Virus record (IMG/VR): IMGVR_UViG_3300032132_000748 | DNA: 64,000 bases | Strand: one strand, 5' to 3' | Origin: a virus | Taxonomy: Duplodnaviria > Caudoviricetes | Shown here: one piece after another, positions 39,049 through 48,663 of the stretch | Layout: the number at the start of each line of letters is the position of its first letter | Numbering within the stretch: the stretch's first letter is position 1 | The notes under the pieces: model-generated | What the model was told of the DNA's origin: nothing | Seen by the model: the letters and a program-made list of their open reading frames with translations, nothing else | Database searches by the model: none | Translations under genes and position numbers: made by a program

Positions 39049-40139
39049 TTTTTATCGCCAGCCATTTGAAGTGCTTTGTGCTTAACAATCTTGAAGCAAA
39101 TATCAAATAACTCTTCGCTCAGAGGTTCTGGTATATTTTCGAACAGAGGCATTGGGATACGGAATCGACCAGCACCAGGTCTTCCTCCGCCACCGCCAAA
39201 AGCATTTTTGACAAAGTCGTTAACTACTAGGCCAGGATTTTCTGAACGAACGCTGATGTCAAGCGCGCCATCCACGATACCGAATACGATAGCCGTACGA
39301 ACACCTTCAGTTTCTACAAATTCGTCTGCCAAGAAACTAATAACACCGCTCCGACCTGTTGGAATTGCTCCAATACCTGTAACTAAGACCGCACTTTCGA
39401 TTACTTTGTTTTGCCATCCCAGACAAAACAGGTCGCGGTAGTATTCAGGTTTGGCGTATTTTATTACCTCTTTATAAGCTTTGTTATCTTTGTGCGATAA
39501 ACAAAAACCTAAAGCATCGAAATCAAGCTGTGACGCTTTATCCGAACCACCGAACCCTGTGTCGGTAATAATACCCAAGGCAAGCGCTGTAGCTAATATC
39601 TGGCCTTGCTCATCTTCAAAATCTATCCCAGCCTCTAGGGCATATTCCCACATTATAGCGGAACATGATCCAATAATTCTAACATCACTGGTTTTTTTCG
39701 GACCTTCTCCCTTTTCTGGGTGATGGTCGATGATGAAATCAGGCTGAACCGGACAAGTAGTTGAGGGTCCATCGACGGAGATAATACAGGTATACCCATC
39801 TTCTGGCCTAAATTCTTCTTCAGGCTTTGGGTTTAGATTAAATACCTGACGAGCAATTCTGTTTTGGGGTCGATTGAATGTTCCTCGAAAGAAACATTCA
39901 GGTGTGTAATCCCACATTTCTAGTATTCTGGCCATAACAGCCTGGCTAGCCAGACCGTCAGGATCTACACCAGCACCCAAGAAAATAGCAGTCTTGCTTA
40001 AATCCGCTGCTTTAATTTCACCCAGAATTGAAGACGTAGGGGTGTCCTCTTCGGGATTTTCTCCCTCTGCTAGAGCAGTGGTCATTTTTGTTGTACCCTT
40101 CTTCTTTTTATTAAAAGAACGCGTAGGAGGTCGTGTCAT
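39045..40139 (-). CDS. DHH/DHHA1 phosphoesterase
   Basis: DPDGLAS, IIDHHP, GIITDT, ISVRS, GGGG. Confidence 0.88.
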   Translation of the reverse strand: MTRPPTRSFNKKKKGTTKMTTALAEGENPEEDTPTSSILGEIKAADLSKTAIFLGAGVDPDGLASQAVMARILEMWDYTPECFFRGTFNRPQNRIARQVFNLNPKPEEEFRPEDGYTCIISVDGPSTTCPVQPDFIIDHHPEKGEGPKKTSDVRIIGSCSAIMWEYALEAGIDFEDEQGQILATALALGIITDTGFGGSDKASQLDFDALGFCLSHKDNKAYKEVIKYAKPEYYRDLFCLGWQNKVIESAVLVTGIGAIPTGRSGVISFLADEFVETEGVRTAIVFGIVDGALDISVRSENPGLVVNDFVKNAFGGGGGRPGAGRFRIPMPLFENIPEPLSEELFDICFKIVKHKALQMAGDKN

Positions 40140-40175
40140 AAATCCTTCAAAGTTATACCTTGGATCGTTCGCGGT

Positions 40176-40352
40176 TCAAAAAACCACAGCAAAGATGGTG
40201 ATCACAATAGGTAGCCAAGATTTTCTACTATAGTCGGAAACGTTGCCAAGTAAAGATTTTTTGGTCTGCTTAGGGAAAGGATGCTGGGATAGTTGATATT
40301 CAGCTTGATCCACCTGTTGAACAGGTAGTTCTCGATGCCAGTTTCCAATCAT
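40176..40352 (-). CDS. 58-aa membrane peptide missed by the ORF track
   Basis: TATAAT-6nt-ATG; MIGNWHRE...SLLGN...WLPIVITIFAVVF. Confidence 0.55.
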   Translation of the reverse strand: MIGNWHRELPVQQVDQAEYQLSQHPFPKQTKKSLLGNVSDYSRKSWLPIVITIFAVVF

Positions 40353-40377
40353 AAATCGATTATATCAAAGGTTTAAA

Positions 40378-41268
40378 ATGAATAAACGAATACTCATCGA
40401 CGGCTCTAACTTCTGGTATCGAGCCCATTGTATGGCTTCAAGTCGCCAATTAGATAATCCCGGAGCCGCCGTCACTATAATGACTTATATGCTTAGAAGG
40501 GTTTGTTCCGAGTTTGGAAAGCGAAACGTTATTATATGTTGGGATGCTGGTCGCGGTGGCCGCACTGAACTAGACCCAGATTACAAAGCCAAAAGAAAAT
40601 CGGTTCCAGAGGTCTGGACAGACCTACCTTATATGAAAAAAATGGTTGCCTGTCTAGGCTTACGGGAAGCACAACATCAAGGGTATGAGGCTGATGACGT
40701 TATAGGCAGTTTATCTAGAGATGAAGATTCAACTATAGTAAGTTACGATAAGGACTTCTATCAGCTTGTTGCGGATAATGTGGAAATTTTACGACCAGAA
40801 AGAACTGTAAGGGGTAATGAAATTCCAAGAGAAATAATACAAGAAAATGAAGTAATAGAAGAGTTTGGATGCACTCCTGGCAGAGTTATTTTGGTCAAAG
40901 GCTTTAAAGGAGATGCATCTGATAATATCCCTAAACTTCCCATTCGATTCTCTCAGAAATTCAAAAAGACTTTTTATTCAGTTATTACTAAGAGTAAAAC
41001 TGTAGATGATTTTTATTCTTATTTAGATGAATTCGATGAAAAATACCATGATCAGTTAAAAGACTTTAAAGATCGAGCTAAGTTAAATGTTAAGTTGGTA
41101 ACTATAATAAGAGACCTGGATGTAAACATCGATACACATAAATTAAGTGCGCAAGCTTTTGAAAAATTATGCAAGGAACTAGAGATCAATAGACTTAAAA
41201 TCGCAGATTGGGAGAGTATGCCTGATGAAGCTGCTCCGCCCCCTCCTGTCCAGAATAGTTTATTCTAA
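40378..41268 (+). CDS. 5'-3' exonuclease / flap endonuclease (PolA N-domain type)
   Basis: LIDGSN, YKAKR, YEADDVIG, SYDKDFYQL, GDASDNIP. Confidence 0.92.
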   Translation: MNKRILIDGSNFWYRAHCMASSRQLDNPGAAVTIMTYMLRRVCSEFGKRNVIICWDAGRGGRTELDPDYKAKRKSVPEVWTDLPYMKKMVACLGLREAQHQGYEADDVIGSLSRDEDSTIVSYDKDFYQLVADNVEILRPERTVRGNEIPREIIQENEVIEEFGCTPGRVILVKGFKGDASDNIPKLPIRFSQKFKKTFYSVITKSKTVDDFYSYLDEFDEKYHDQLKDFKDRAKLNVKLVTIIRDLDVNIDTHKLSAQAFEKLCKELEINRLKIADWESMPDEAAPPPPVQNSLF

Positions 41269-41290
41269 TCAAATATGCTAATATCTATCT

Positions 41291-41626
41291 ATGAAGTTAT
41301 CAACATTAGAGTCCCTTGCTATCCTATATGATCGAACTGCGCACGAACTGCGTGAGGTTGTAACTGCTGCTGCCGGAGGTGGTTCTTCTATACCTCTTCA
41401 TAGTGAAGCAATGCAAAACAAAGTCAGATGGCTAGGAGAGATATCTAAAACCTTATCTCTTGTCTATCAACTCGAAAAATTACGAGCAAAAGACGCAGAA
41501 GTTGCAGAAGGGCTTCCGGCTGAAAAAGTAGTAGAAGATCCCGCGATGAAACAGGCTAAAAAAAATCAACCTGGAGTAAATCAAGACCTATCACAATTTT
41601 CAGGCTGGAAACCTCTGGGCCAGTAA
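41291..41626 (+). CDS. hypothetical protein
   Basis: TAATAT-6nt-ATG; ends FSGWKPLGQ. Confidence 0.6.
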   Translation: MKLSTLESLAILYDRTAHELREVVTAAAGGGSSIPLHSEAMQNKVRWLGEISKTLSLVYQLEKLRAKDAEVAEGLPAEKVVEDPAMKQAKKNQPGVNQDLSQFSGWKPLGQ

Positions 41627-41640
41627 GTTAAAGTAGCACC

Positions 41641-42318
41641 ATGACCGAACCAAAAATTGTGGTGTATCAGTACACCCTATGCGCCGAGCGCACCGATGAC
41701 ACCCTCACCTGGAAAGACGAGGATTCTATTAATAAGCTTTTCTTAGGCTTCCCTTGGAAAGAACCTTTAAATGAATATAACAAAAGAGCCCGATTTTACT
41801 GGGGCTTTAGTATTTCCGGTCACGGTGAAGAAGTATATCCCGTAATAGATGCTAAAGTGGAGCTAAGTAAGCCCTCGATGGCTACACCAGAGTTCACCCT
41901 AGAGATGGCTGTTATTTTAGAGAAACTATCTATAGACCAACGCCGTCAGTTTGAGTCCTTATTAGATGACTATATTAATGATAAATCCTTTAAGGTTTGG
42001 TGGGATGATGATCCTCGCGGTCCTCGTAAAAGAAGCGCTAAGGTTAAAAAGAAATTAATAGCAGCCATAAAACGAATTAAGACTTATGACGGTAGTGATG
42101 ATCTTAAACTAGAAGATGTAGAAGTTTCTCTAAAAGAGGCCCTAGAATTTTTTGAATATGATTATTCAGCAAAAACTAGAGATGTTAAAGATAGCTATAA
42201 ACTCGCATTTAAAAAATTAGCCCTTAAGCACCATCCAGATGCTGATACGGGTAGTGAAAGTTCTTTTATTTATCTCGGAAAGTGCCGTTCCGTTTTAGAG
42301 ACCTGGATTAAGCGCTAA
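41641..42318 (+). CDS. protein with C-terminal J-domain
   Basis: FKKLALKHHPD..GSESSF; TAAAGT-6nt-ATG. Confidence 0.75.
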   Translation: MTEPKIVVYQYTLCAERTDDTLTWKDEDSINKLFLGFPWKEPLNEYNKRARFYWGFSISGHGEEVYPVIDAKVELSKPSMATPEFTLEMAVILEKLSIDQRRQFESLLDDYINDKSFKVWWDDDPRGPRKRSAKVKKKLIAAIKRIKTYDGSDDLKLEDVEVSLKEALEFFEYDYSAKTRDVKDSYKLAFKKLALKHHPDADTGSESSFIYLGKCRSVLETWIKR

Positions 42319-42337
42319 TTTTTGATAGACTCTTAGT

Positions 42338-43360
42338 ATGACTCACTATGATGTTTTAGGTGTCGGGCAGGGTGCCTCAGACAATGATATTAGAAATTCG
42401 TATAAGAAATTAGCGAAAAAGTATCACCCAGACAAGAACCCCGGTAACCCGGAAGCCGAAAAACGTTTCAAAGAAATATCGGCTGCTTATTCTATTTTAA
42501 GCGACCAACAAAATCGTGCTAAATATGACCAACAGCTTCGAGCACCCAGAGGCCCAAACATAAATTTTGACCCGTTTGGCGGTATGGGGGGTTTCGAAAA
42601 TTTATTTGCTCAGCACGCCATATTTAAAGAAAATCTGGATGTCGCAGTAACTGTAAGTATTCCTTTTCTTGACGCTAAAAGCACTCAAAAAAGAACTATA
42701 AAATATGCTAGAAAAGTTCTCTGTAAAGATTGTCGAGGCACCGGAGCCAAAAGTTTCCACCCCAAAAATTGTTTTGTATGTAAAGGCCAAGGCCAAACTG
42801 TAAAAACAGTATTAGGGGGGATGTACCAAGCCACCCAAATCTGCGGTGCCTGCAAAGGCAAAGGGCGTACAATTAAAGAAACCTGTAAATGCAACGATGG
42901 GTTTGTCAAAGAAACTAATCAAATAGAGGTTAGCATTCCTGCAGGAATCAGCACCGGAAAAATACTCCGAGTAACGGGAGAAGGAAATCAGTCGCTTACC
43001 GGAAAAGGAAATTTATGTATAGTGGTGGCTACTAATCCTCCGCTCATGGAACATCCCTCGTGGATCAGAGAGGGGGCTAACGTCCGTGAAAAAGTCTCAG
43101 TTTCATACCCCACTCTAGTATTAGGCGGGATTATAAACGTTGAAACTATCTGGGGCAGAGAGAAAGTTAATGTTCCCCCTAAAACAAAGGCCGGACAGAT
43201 AATGATGCTACCTAGTAAGGGTTTTCCTAGATTAGGTCGGTTACATGATGAAGAACGCGGAGTCCATTACATAGAAATAGATCTTCTGCTTCCCGATTTA
43301 AATTCAAAAGAACACCTCGAACTATTACAGCAGCTAGGCCAGCTTTATGAAACGCCTTAG
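42338..43360 (+). CDS. dnaJ: DnaJ chaperone (second copy)
   Basis: HYDVLGV, YHPDKNPG, G/F region, CxxCxGxG repeats. Confidence 0.93.
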   Translation: MTHYDVLGVGQGASDNDIRNSYKKLAKKYHPDKNPGNPEAEKRFKEISAAYSILSDQQNRAKYDQQLRAPRGPNINFDPFGGMGGFENLFAQHAIFKENLDVAVTVSIPFLDAKSTQKRTIKYARKVLCKDCRGTGAKSFHPKNCFVCKGQGQTVKTVLGGMYQATQICGACKGKGRTIKETCKCNDGFVKETNQIEVSIPAGISTGKILRVTGEGNQSLTGKGNLCIVVATNPPLMEHPSWIREGANVREKVSVSYPTLVLGGIINVETIWGREKVNVPPKTKAGQIMMLPSKGFPRLGRLHDEERGVHYIEIDLLLPDLNSKEHLELLQQLGQLYETP

Positions 43361-43619
43361 AGAAAAAGACATTGAACGAATTAGAAACAATGTTGGAGAA
43401 GTAGATTGCCTATTATGGCAAGACATCACTTTTAGGTGGGATAGCTCCCCAGCAGACGGGGTTGACGAATATATTGTTGAAGGCCCTTTTATTTTTAGGT
43501 ATGATCCCCAAAAAGTTTATAGCAACCTAGCTATTAAGGCAGATTGGGGAAATAAAACCTTTTTCCTTAAGACAGGTAAGGGCAAGAGAGCCACCTGGAT
43601 TAATCTTTTAGAAGTTTAG
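43347..43619 (+). CDS. hypothetical protein
   Basis: overlaps the end of dnaJ. Confidence 0.55.
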   Translation: MKRLREKDIERIRNNVGEVDCLLWQDITFRWDSSPADGVDEYIVEGPFIFRYDPQKVYSNLAIKADWGNKTFFLKTGKGKRATWINLLEV

Positions 43620-43673
43620 ATCTTGATCTTCTTCTAGAGAAACTTACTATCTAAGTAGAATTTTGGAGTAATT

Positions 43674-45275
43674 ATGTCAAAAGAAATGCGATTTAATGAT
43701 GAAGCGCGCAGTTTGGTTTTCAAGGGTGTCCAAAAATTGGCTCAAGCAGTCAAGACAACCTTAGGCCCTACTGGCAGAAATGTCATTATCAAGAAAACAG
43801 GAAAAGCCCCCTTCATAACAAAGGATGGGGTGACCGTCGCTAGGGAGGTTGAACTATCTGATGAGTTCGAAAATCTAGGTGCGGAATTAGTTAGGGAGGT
43901 TGCGAGTAGAACAGCTCTCGCCGCTGGCGATGGAACAACTACAGCAACAGTTCTAGCTGAAGCTATATTAGAAGAAGGCGCTCGCCATCTCACAACAGGA
44001 GTTAACACTACTGAGCTTAAGCGAGGAATTGATTTGGCAGTTAAAGCCGTAAGATCTGAGCTTGATTCATTATCTCAGCCAGTTAAGTCAAAAAAGGAGA
44101 TGTTTCAAGTTGCTAGTATATCCGCGAATAATGATAGTGAAATAGGAGAGTTACTGTCGGAGCTTATTGATGAGATCGGTTCGGACGGAGTAGCTACCAT
44201 AGAGAAGAGCGGTACTACTGAGACCTTCATAGAAAAGGTTGACGGACTTCAACTTCGCGGTGGGTATCTTACTCACTATTTTGCTAACAAAGAGAATGGA
44301 GAGGCTGTATGGGATGATCCTAGGATCCTTATCTATCAAGGACGAATTACCGCAGCTAGGGACTTAATCCTTGGCAACGGCAACGGCTTTCTGGAGAAAG
44401 CTCTTTCCCCTGCCGAAGGTAGACCTATTGTAATCATTGCAGATGGTGTTGACGGTGAAGCTCTTCATGCACTTGTCATGAACCGAGTACAGGGTGGGCA
44501 AAAAGTTCTTGCGGTTAAGACCCCATTTAGCTTGGATAAAGCTGAGACGCTACAAGATGTTGCAACATTAACTGGTGGAAAGGTGTTTTCACGAGAAGCC
44601 GGACATAATTTGCACAAAATAGAGCTAAGTGACTTAGGGGAGGCCGAAAGAATTATCGCCACTAAAGACCGAACGCTTATCCTTAAAGGAAAGGGCAAGC
44701 CAGCCGATATTACTAAGCGGGTAGAGAATCTACGAAGCCAAGCAGCAGAGGCCGATTCTGAGGAGAAGAGACGTTCTCTCAAAGAAAGGGCGGCTAAATT
44801 GGATTCAGGTATTGCTGTAATTAAGGTTGGAGGTTCTTCGGAAGTAGAACTACGAGAACGTCACGATAGAGTTGAGGATGCTTTGTTTGCTACTCAAGCC
44901 GCTGTTGACGAAGGTATTGTTCCTGGCGGCGGTGTTGCGCTTGTAAGATGCATTAAAGTCGTAAGAGCGCTTAAACTAGAAAACGATTCCCAAATGGTAG
45001 GAGCTAGTATTATTGAAAGAGCACTTTCGGCCCCTCTTAAGCAAATCGCAAACAATGCAGGTATCTCAGGCGAAGTTGTTTTGGAAAAAGTTCTAGAGCA
45101 AAAAGGGAACTTCGGATATAACGCCAGAAAGGGGACTTACTGCGATTTAGTAAAAGCTGGAATTATAGACCCCGCAAAAGTTGCTAAATCAGCGATTGAA
45201 AATGCAGCTAGTGTTGCCGGACTTCTTTTGACTACGGATGTTCTTTTGGTAGAAACTACCACTGAATCAAGCTAA
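43674..45275 (+). CDS. groEL: chaperonin GroEL
   Basis: TLGPTGRNV, ITKDGVTVA, GDGTTTATVLA, GIVPGGG, GIIDPAKV; no GGM tail. Confidence 0.96.
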   Translation: MSKEMRFNDEARSLVFKGVQKLAQAVKTTLGPTGRNVIIKKTGKAPFITKDGVTVAREVELSDEFENLGAELVREVASRTALAAGDGTTTATVLAEAILEEGARHLTTGVNTTELKRGIDLAVKAVRSELDSLSQPVKSKKEMFQVASISANNDSEIGELLSELIDEIGSDGVATIEKSGTTETFIEKVDGLQLRGGYLTHYFANKENGEAVWDDPRILIYQGRITAARDLILGNGNGFLEKALSPAEGRPIVIIADGVDGEALHALVMNRVQGGQKVLAVKTPFSLDKAETLQDVATLTGGKVFSREAGHNLHKIELSDLGEAERIIATKDRTLILKGKGKPADITKRVENLRSQAAEADSEEKRRSLKERAAKLDSGIAVIKVGGSSEVELRERHDRVEDALFATQAAVDEGIVPGGGVALVRCIKVVRALKLENDSQMVGASIIERALSAPLKQIANNAGISGEVVLEKVLEQKGNFGYNARKGTYCDLVKAGIIDPAKVAKSAIENAASVAGLLLTTDVLLVETTTESS

Positions 45276-46245
45276 TCTGAATTGAAGCTCTATACTCTTC
45301 TCTGAAGGGTTTAACAGAGGCTCTGAGGGATACGTTAAGCCAAGGCACACCGCGTATTCCTCGGAGCCCTATTATTTTAATCTGACCTTTTATTGTTGAT
45401 CCATTGTTAGCAAAATTATCTACCCGAAGATTTAACTTCATAGAGCCGGAGACGGTCCAGGTTTCTCCTGTATAGATGTTTCCTCTCGGAGGTTTGATGC
45501 CAAAAGATAATCTCCGTGATTCAGAATGTAAAAAACTAGAGTCAGCAGGATCAGTTATTATTCTATCTTCTTCGGCGGATACGCTGAAACGCCAACCGCT
45601 CCAACCTATTTTTCCGGTATTATGAACATGAACAGGACCTAGAGAAAAAAGCTCATGTTTTCTGCCTATAGTGTGGTATACGACACGAGAACCCCCTTTT
45701 TCTACGGGAAAGCTGTCAAAAAAACTTACTCGACGTTCCCACCACCTACTGCCGTAATCACTACTTCGAAGATTATAGTCGTCCATTCTTCTCTTCAGTG
45801 CCATAGGTTGAAGATCTAGTTGATTCCAGTAGTCTCGAAGCATCCTCTTGTAGTATTTACCTGCGAATCTTTCTATCTGTTTATACACAACTCCATGGAA
45901 ACCCTCGTACTGAGTAATTACTACTTCTCTAGGTCTATTTGCATATTCGTTCCAATAGTCAGGTAGATGGGGGATTGGTATTCTTATACGAAAATCATAA
46001 TCAAGAGATTGAAGCGCAGGCTCTATTTTCTTTTCTTCTCTCCTAACATCTGGACGAGAATAGTCGGAGCCGCGTGTTCCAAGACTTGCTAGTAAAGTTT
46101 GATTTAAATCAAGCCTGATGGGAAATGAGGGGGCCGCATAATCGATTGGGGTGGTATCTCTACCGCTAGACTCTTCCTGCGTGTATCCCGGCGAAGAAAA
46201 TACACATATAAATAGGACTGAAACGAAAAATCTAAACCATGACAC
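45256..46245 (-). CDS. exported protein, possibly outer-membrane
   Basis: signal-peptide-like N-terminus; C-terminal amphipathic beta strands ending in W. Confidence 0.6.
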   Translation of the reverse strand: MSWFRFFVSVLFICVFSSPGYTQEESSGRDTTPIDYAAPSFPIRLDLNQTLLASLGTRGSDYSRPDVRREEKKIEPALQSLDYDFRIRIPIPHLPDYWNEYANRPREVVITQYEGFHGVVYKQIERFAGKYYKRMLRDYWNQLDLQPMALKRRMDDYNLRSSDYGSRWWERRVSFFDSFPVEKGGSRVVYHTIGRKHELFSLGPVHVHNTGKIGWSGWRFSVSAEEDRIITDPADSSFLHSESRRLSFGIKPPRGNIYTGETWTVSGSMKLNLRVDNFANNGSTIKGQIKIIGLRGIRGVPWLNVSLRASVKPFREEYRASIQISLIQW

Positions 46246-46271
46246 GATATGCTACTATTATTATAGCTAAG

Positions 46272-46565
46272 ATGTCAATTAATTCGTGTGAGAAATGTGG
46301 AATAAGCTTAATTGGAGCAAAATGCCATATATGCCAAGCAACGGACGCCCTAGGAACAAAATTCATTTCGGGTATAGTAGAAGGATTAGCTTTATTTTTA
46401 GGCGCAAATAGTTCTGAAATTAAAAACTGCCCCTCCTGTACCATATCTTGGGATGAAATCCTTAAAACCGGACGAATGGGTTGTAAAGATGACTATAACC
46501 ACTTCAAAGAAAATTTAGAACCTATTTTGTTAAAATTCCATGGTGCTATAAGACATAAAGCATAA
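46272..46565 (+). CDS. McsA-like zinc-finger protein (start revised to MSIN)
   Basis: CEKC..CHIC, CPSC.ISW.EI...GRMGCKDDY..F...LEPIL.KFHG...H. Confidence 0.7.
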   Translation: MSINSCEKCGISLIGAKCHICQATDALGTKFISGIVEGLALFLGANSSEIKNCPSCTISWDEILKTGRMGCKDDYNHFKENLEPILLKFHGAIRHKA

Positions 46566-46591
46566 TTAATTGTTATAATACTGATAGCATT

Positions 46592-47170
46592 ATGGAACGT
46601 CCCGGATTTTTAAATGGTTTTGAAGGTTTTACCCCAAGACAAACGCAATTAAGTGCTCCTAGAAGAAGCAGACTTAATGGTTCTAGAACACTAGGGGCAT
46701 TTGGTAAAGGCTTTGTAGCACCTCCCCCACCCCCAGAACCATCACCTGCGGCCTTCCGCAGTGGGCAATGGGTTTGTGATGATCCAAAACCGCCTTCAGA
46801 TGCAAATAACTACTTTCACTGCTGTCCATCAGGATGGACTAAAGTGCCTTTTGGAGATACTCGTCCTTGTAAAGGAAAAGATAGAGAAATAGAAGTTTGT
46901 GGCCCTCTTCCGCAAGGAGCTTCGCCGGAAGAAGCAACCTGTTGTGAACAGATAAAAGAATGGGTTCCATCAGATCCTTCTGGTGGAGATCCATGTGCTG
47001 CCGCTGCGGCTAGTACAGGACAGGCTGTTCCCGGAATTCCAGAAACTATTTTAGCTCCTGATATTGTCGTTCCTCAAGATACCGGAGGCGGGGGTGGGAT
47101 TTTTGTGGTTCTGGGGATTGGTTTTGTATTATTGACGGGAATAACCATCTTCGTTAAAATGAGAAATTAA
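46592..47170 (+). CDS. RPGF-leader Cys-rich protein with C-terminal TM
   Basis: MERPGFLNGFEGFTP; 8 Cys in two repeats; TM then KMRN. Confidence 0.75.
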   Translation: MERPGFLNGFEGFTPRQTQLSAPRRSRLNGSRTLGAFGKGFVAPPPPPEPSPAAFRSGQWVCDDPKPPSDANNYFHCCPSGWTKVPFGDTRPCKGKDREIEVCGPLPQGASPEEATCCEQIKEWVPSDPSGGDPCAAAAASTGQAVPGIPETILAPDIVVPQDTGGGGGIFVVLGIGFVLLTGITIFVKMRN

Positions 47171-47628
47171 TTTCTTTCAATAATTTTTACAAAAAGAGGG
47201 TTCGACATAGCAAAAATGCTTCTGTTTTTCCTTATACCCTTCACTATTTCACGAGTATCTTTTTGAGTTAGTTTCTTTAAGGCAAGACCTGATATAAGAC
47301 CGCTACGATTCCAACCTGCTTGGCAGGTACTTAAAACATTTTTTCCCTTGAGGATATTCTTAATAGTTTTATTAGCCGCAAATTTAGCGAGCTTGATCGT
47401 ATCTCTAAGTTGCTTTCCCTTAAGTTTAGTGCTATCGTCCATAGGAACATAAAGTCTTTCCGCCCTTAAAAACTGCTCATTAGATTTTCTCAGTATTTGG
47501 GGCTGAAATTCTTGGGCTGCAAGAATAATAAGATCTATATTATTTCTTGCTATTATGTAGGGAATTTCTCTTTGTCCAGCTTGATGAAGCTCGCCTCCTG
47601 ATTTAGGATGTTTAAATATTAAGCTCAT
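47167..47628 (-). CDS. dual-specificity/tyrosine phosphatase
   Basis: PMDD acid loop; CQAGWNRSG (CX5R); SNPLF. Confidence 0.85.
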   Translation of the reverse strand: MSLIFKHPKSGGELHQAGQREIPYIIARNNIDLIILAAQEFQPQILRKSNEQFLRAERLYVPMDDSTKLKGKQLRDTIKLAKFAANKTIKNILKGKNVLSTCQAGWNRSGLISGLALKKLTQKDTREIVKGIRKNRSIFAMSNPLFVKIIERN

Positions 47629-47629
47629 T

Positions 47630-48598
47630 TTAACCCTTCTTTTGGGATAGTTTTATTATTCCAAAAACAACTATTGCTGTAATTACAAGTTTTGTCAAAT
47701 CGTGTGATTTGTATTCACCAAGACCTGTGTGACCGCTAAAACCGCCGAACAAAGTATTTTTAAGCCAACTAAATAATCCCCCAGTATCTTCAGCAGGTGC
47801 TGGGGGCGGTGGTGCAGGTGCAACTGAATTACTTGGGGGAGGTAGGGGTCTAGCAACTGGTTTTGCAGTTGTTCTATTTATAGCCTGTCTGGTTTCAAAA
47901 TCAGAAACAATCGATTCTACCTGCTGTGCTCTTGAGGGTGCTTGTTTTCTAGCACGAGTAGGTAAACCGGTAGGCATCCCTCCTCCTGTATACGCAGAAG
48001 GGGGGGCCATCATAGCCACCCTTGGCATAGATGATACCTCCTTTGATTCTGCTTCCAGTTGCTGTAGTTCTGCTGCCATCTTTGCTCTAATTGCGGGATC
48101 TTCTTCAGGCGGCGCTTGTTGTGGTTGAGCTTGTGGTTGAGCTTGTTGAACTTGTTTAGGCTGTGCTCTTTCTCTAAAGCAGTCTGGGCACGTATTTTTA
48201 TTGCAAGGTCCAGGATAGCCCGCTGATTTATATTGACTACAGCTTTCCCAACCACTAGCTGGTGGATCAGGTAATTCCCGGAAAAGAGGATCATCGTCAC
48301 ATTCTTCTCCTGATTCTACTTCGCCTGGATCACAATCAGCCCCCTGACACGACTCTGACCATTTTGTCATTACCATACCTTCGGTAGGACACCTAGGATC
48401 TTGTACATAGAACTCTCCAGTTTTAGTATTTATTGCTTCAGGTGAGGTATTACCCCCGCCAGGGACTCCAGCAGGAGGTGCTCCTGGTGGTGGGGCAATA
48501 AATCCTTTTCCAAAGTAACCAAATCCTTTGAATGATGAATAAGTAACAGCTTTGGGGGTAAATCCTTCAAAGCCATTTAGAAATCCGGGTCTGCGCAT
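47630..48598 (-). CDS. RPGF-leader Cys/Pro-rich protein with C-terminal TM (start revised to MRRPG)
   Basis: MRRPGFLNGFEGFTP; FGKGFIAPPP; Cys-rich domain; TM then KKG. Confidence 0.75.
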   Translation of the reverse strand: MRRPGFLNGFEGFTPKAVTYSSFKGFGYFGKGFIAPPPGAPPAGVPGGGNTSPEAINTKTGEFYVQDPRCPTEGMVMTKWSESCQGADCDPGEVESGEECDDDPLFRELPDPPASGWESCSQYKSAGYPGPCNKNTCPDCFRERAQPKQVQQAQPQAQPQQAPPEEDPAIRAKMAAELQQLEAESKEVSSMPRVAMMAPPSAYTGGGMPTGLPTRARKQAPSRAQQVESIVSDFETRQAINRTTAKPVARPLPPPSNSVAPAPPPPAPAEDTGGLFSWLKNTLFGGFSGHTGLGEYKSHDLTKLVITAIVVFGIIKLSQKKG

Positions 48599-48663
48599 TT
48601 TATCCTTTGTCAATTAATTATAACATTCTCAGGTAATTTTGTATAATACTTACTGAGGTACAC

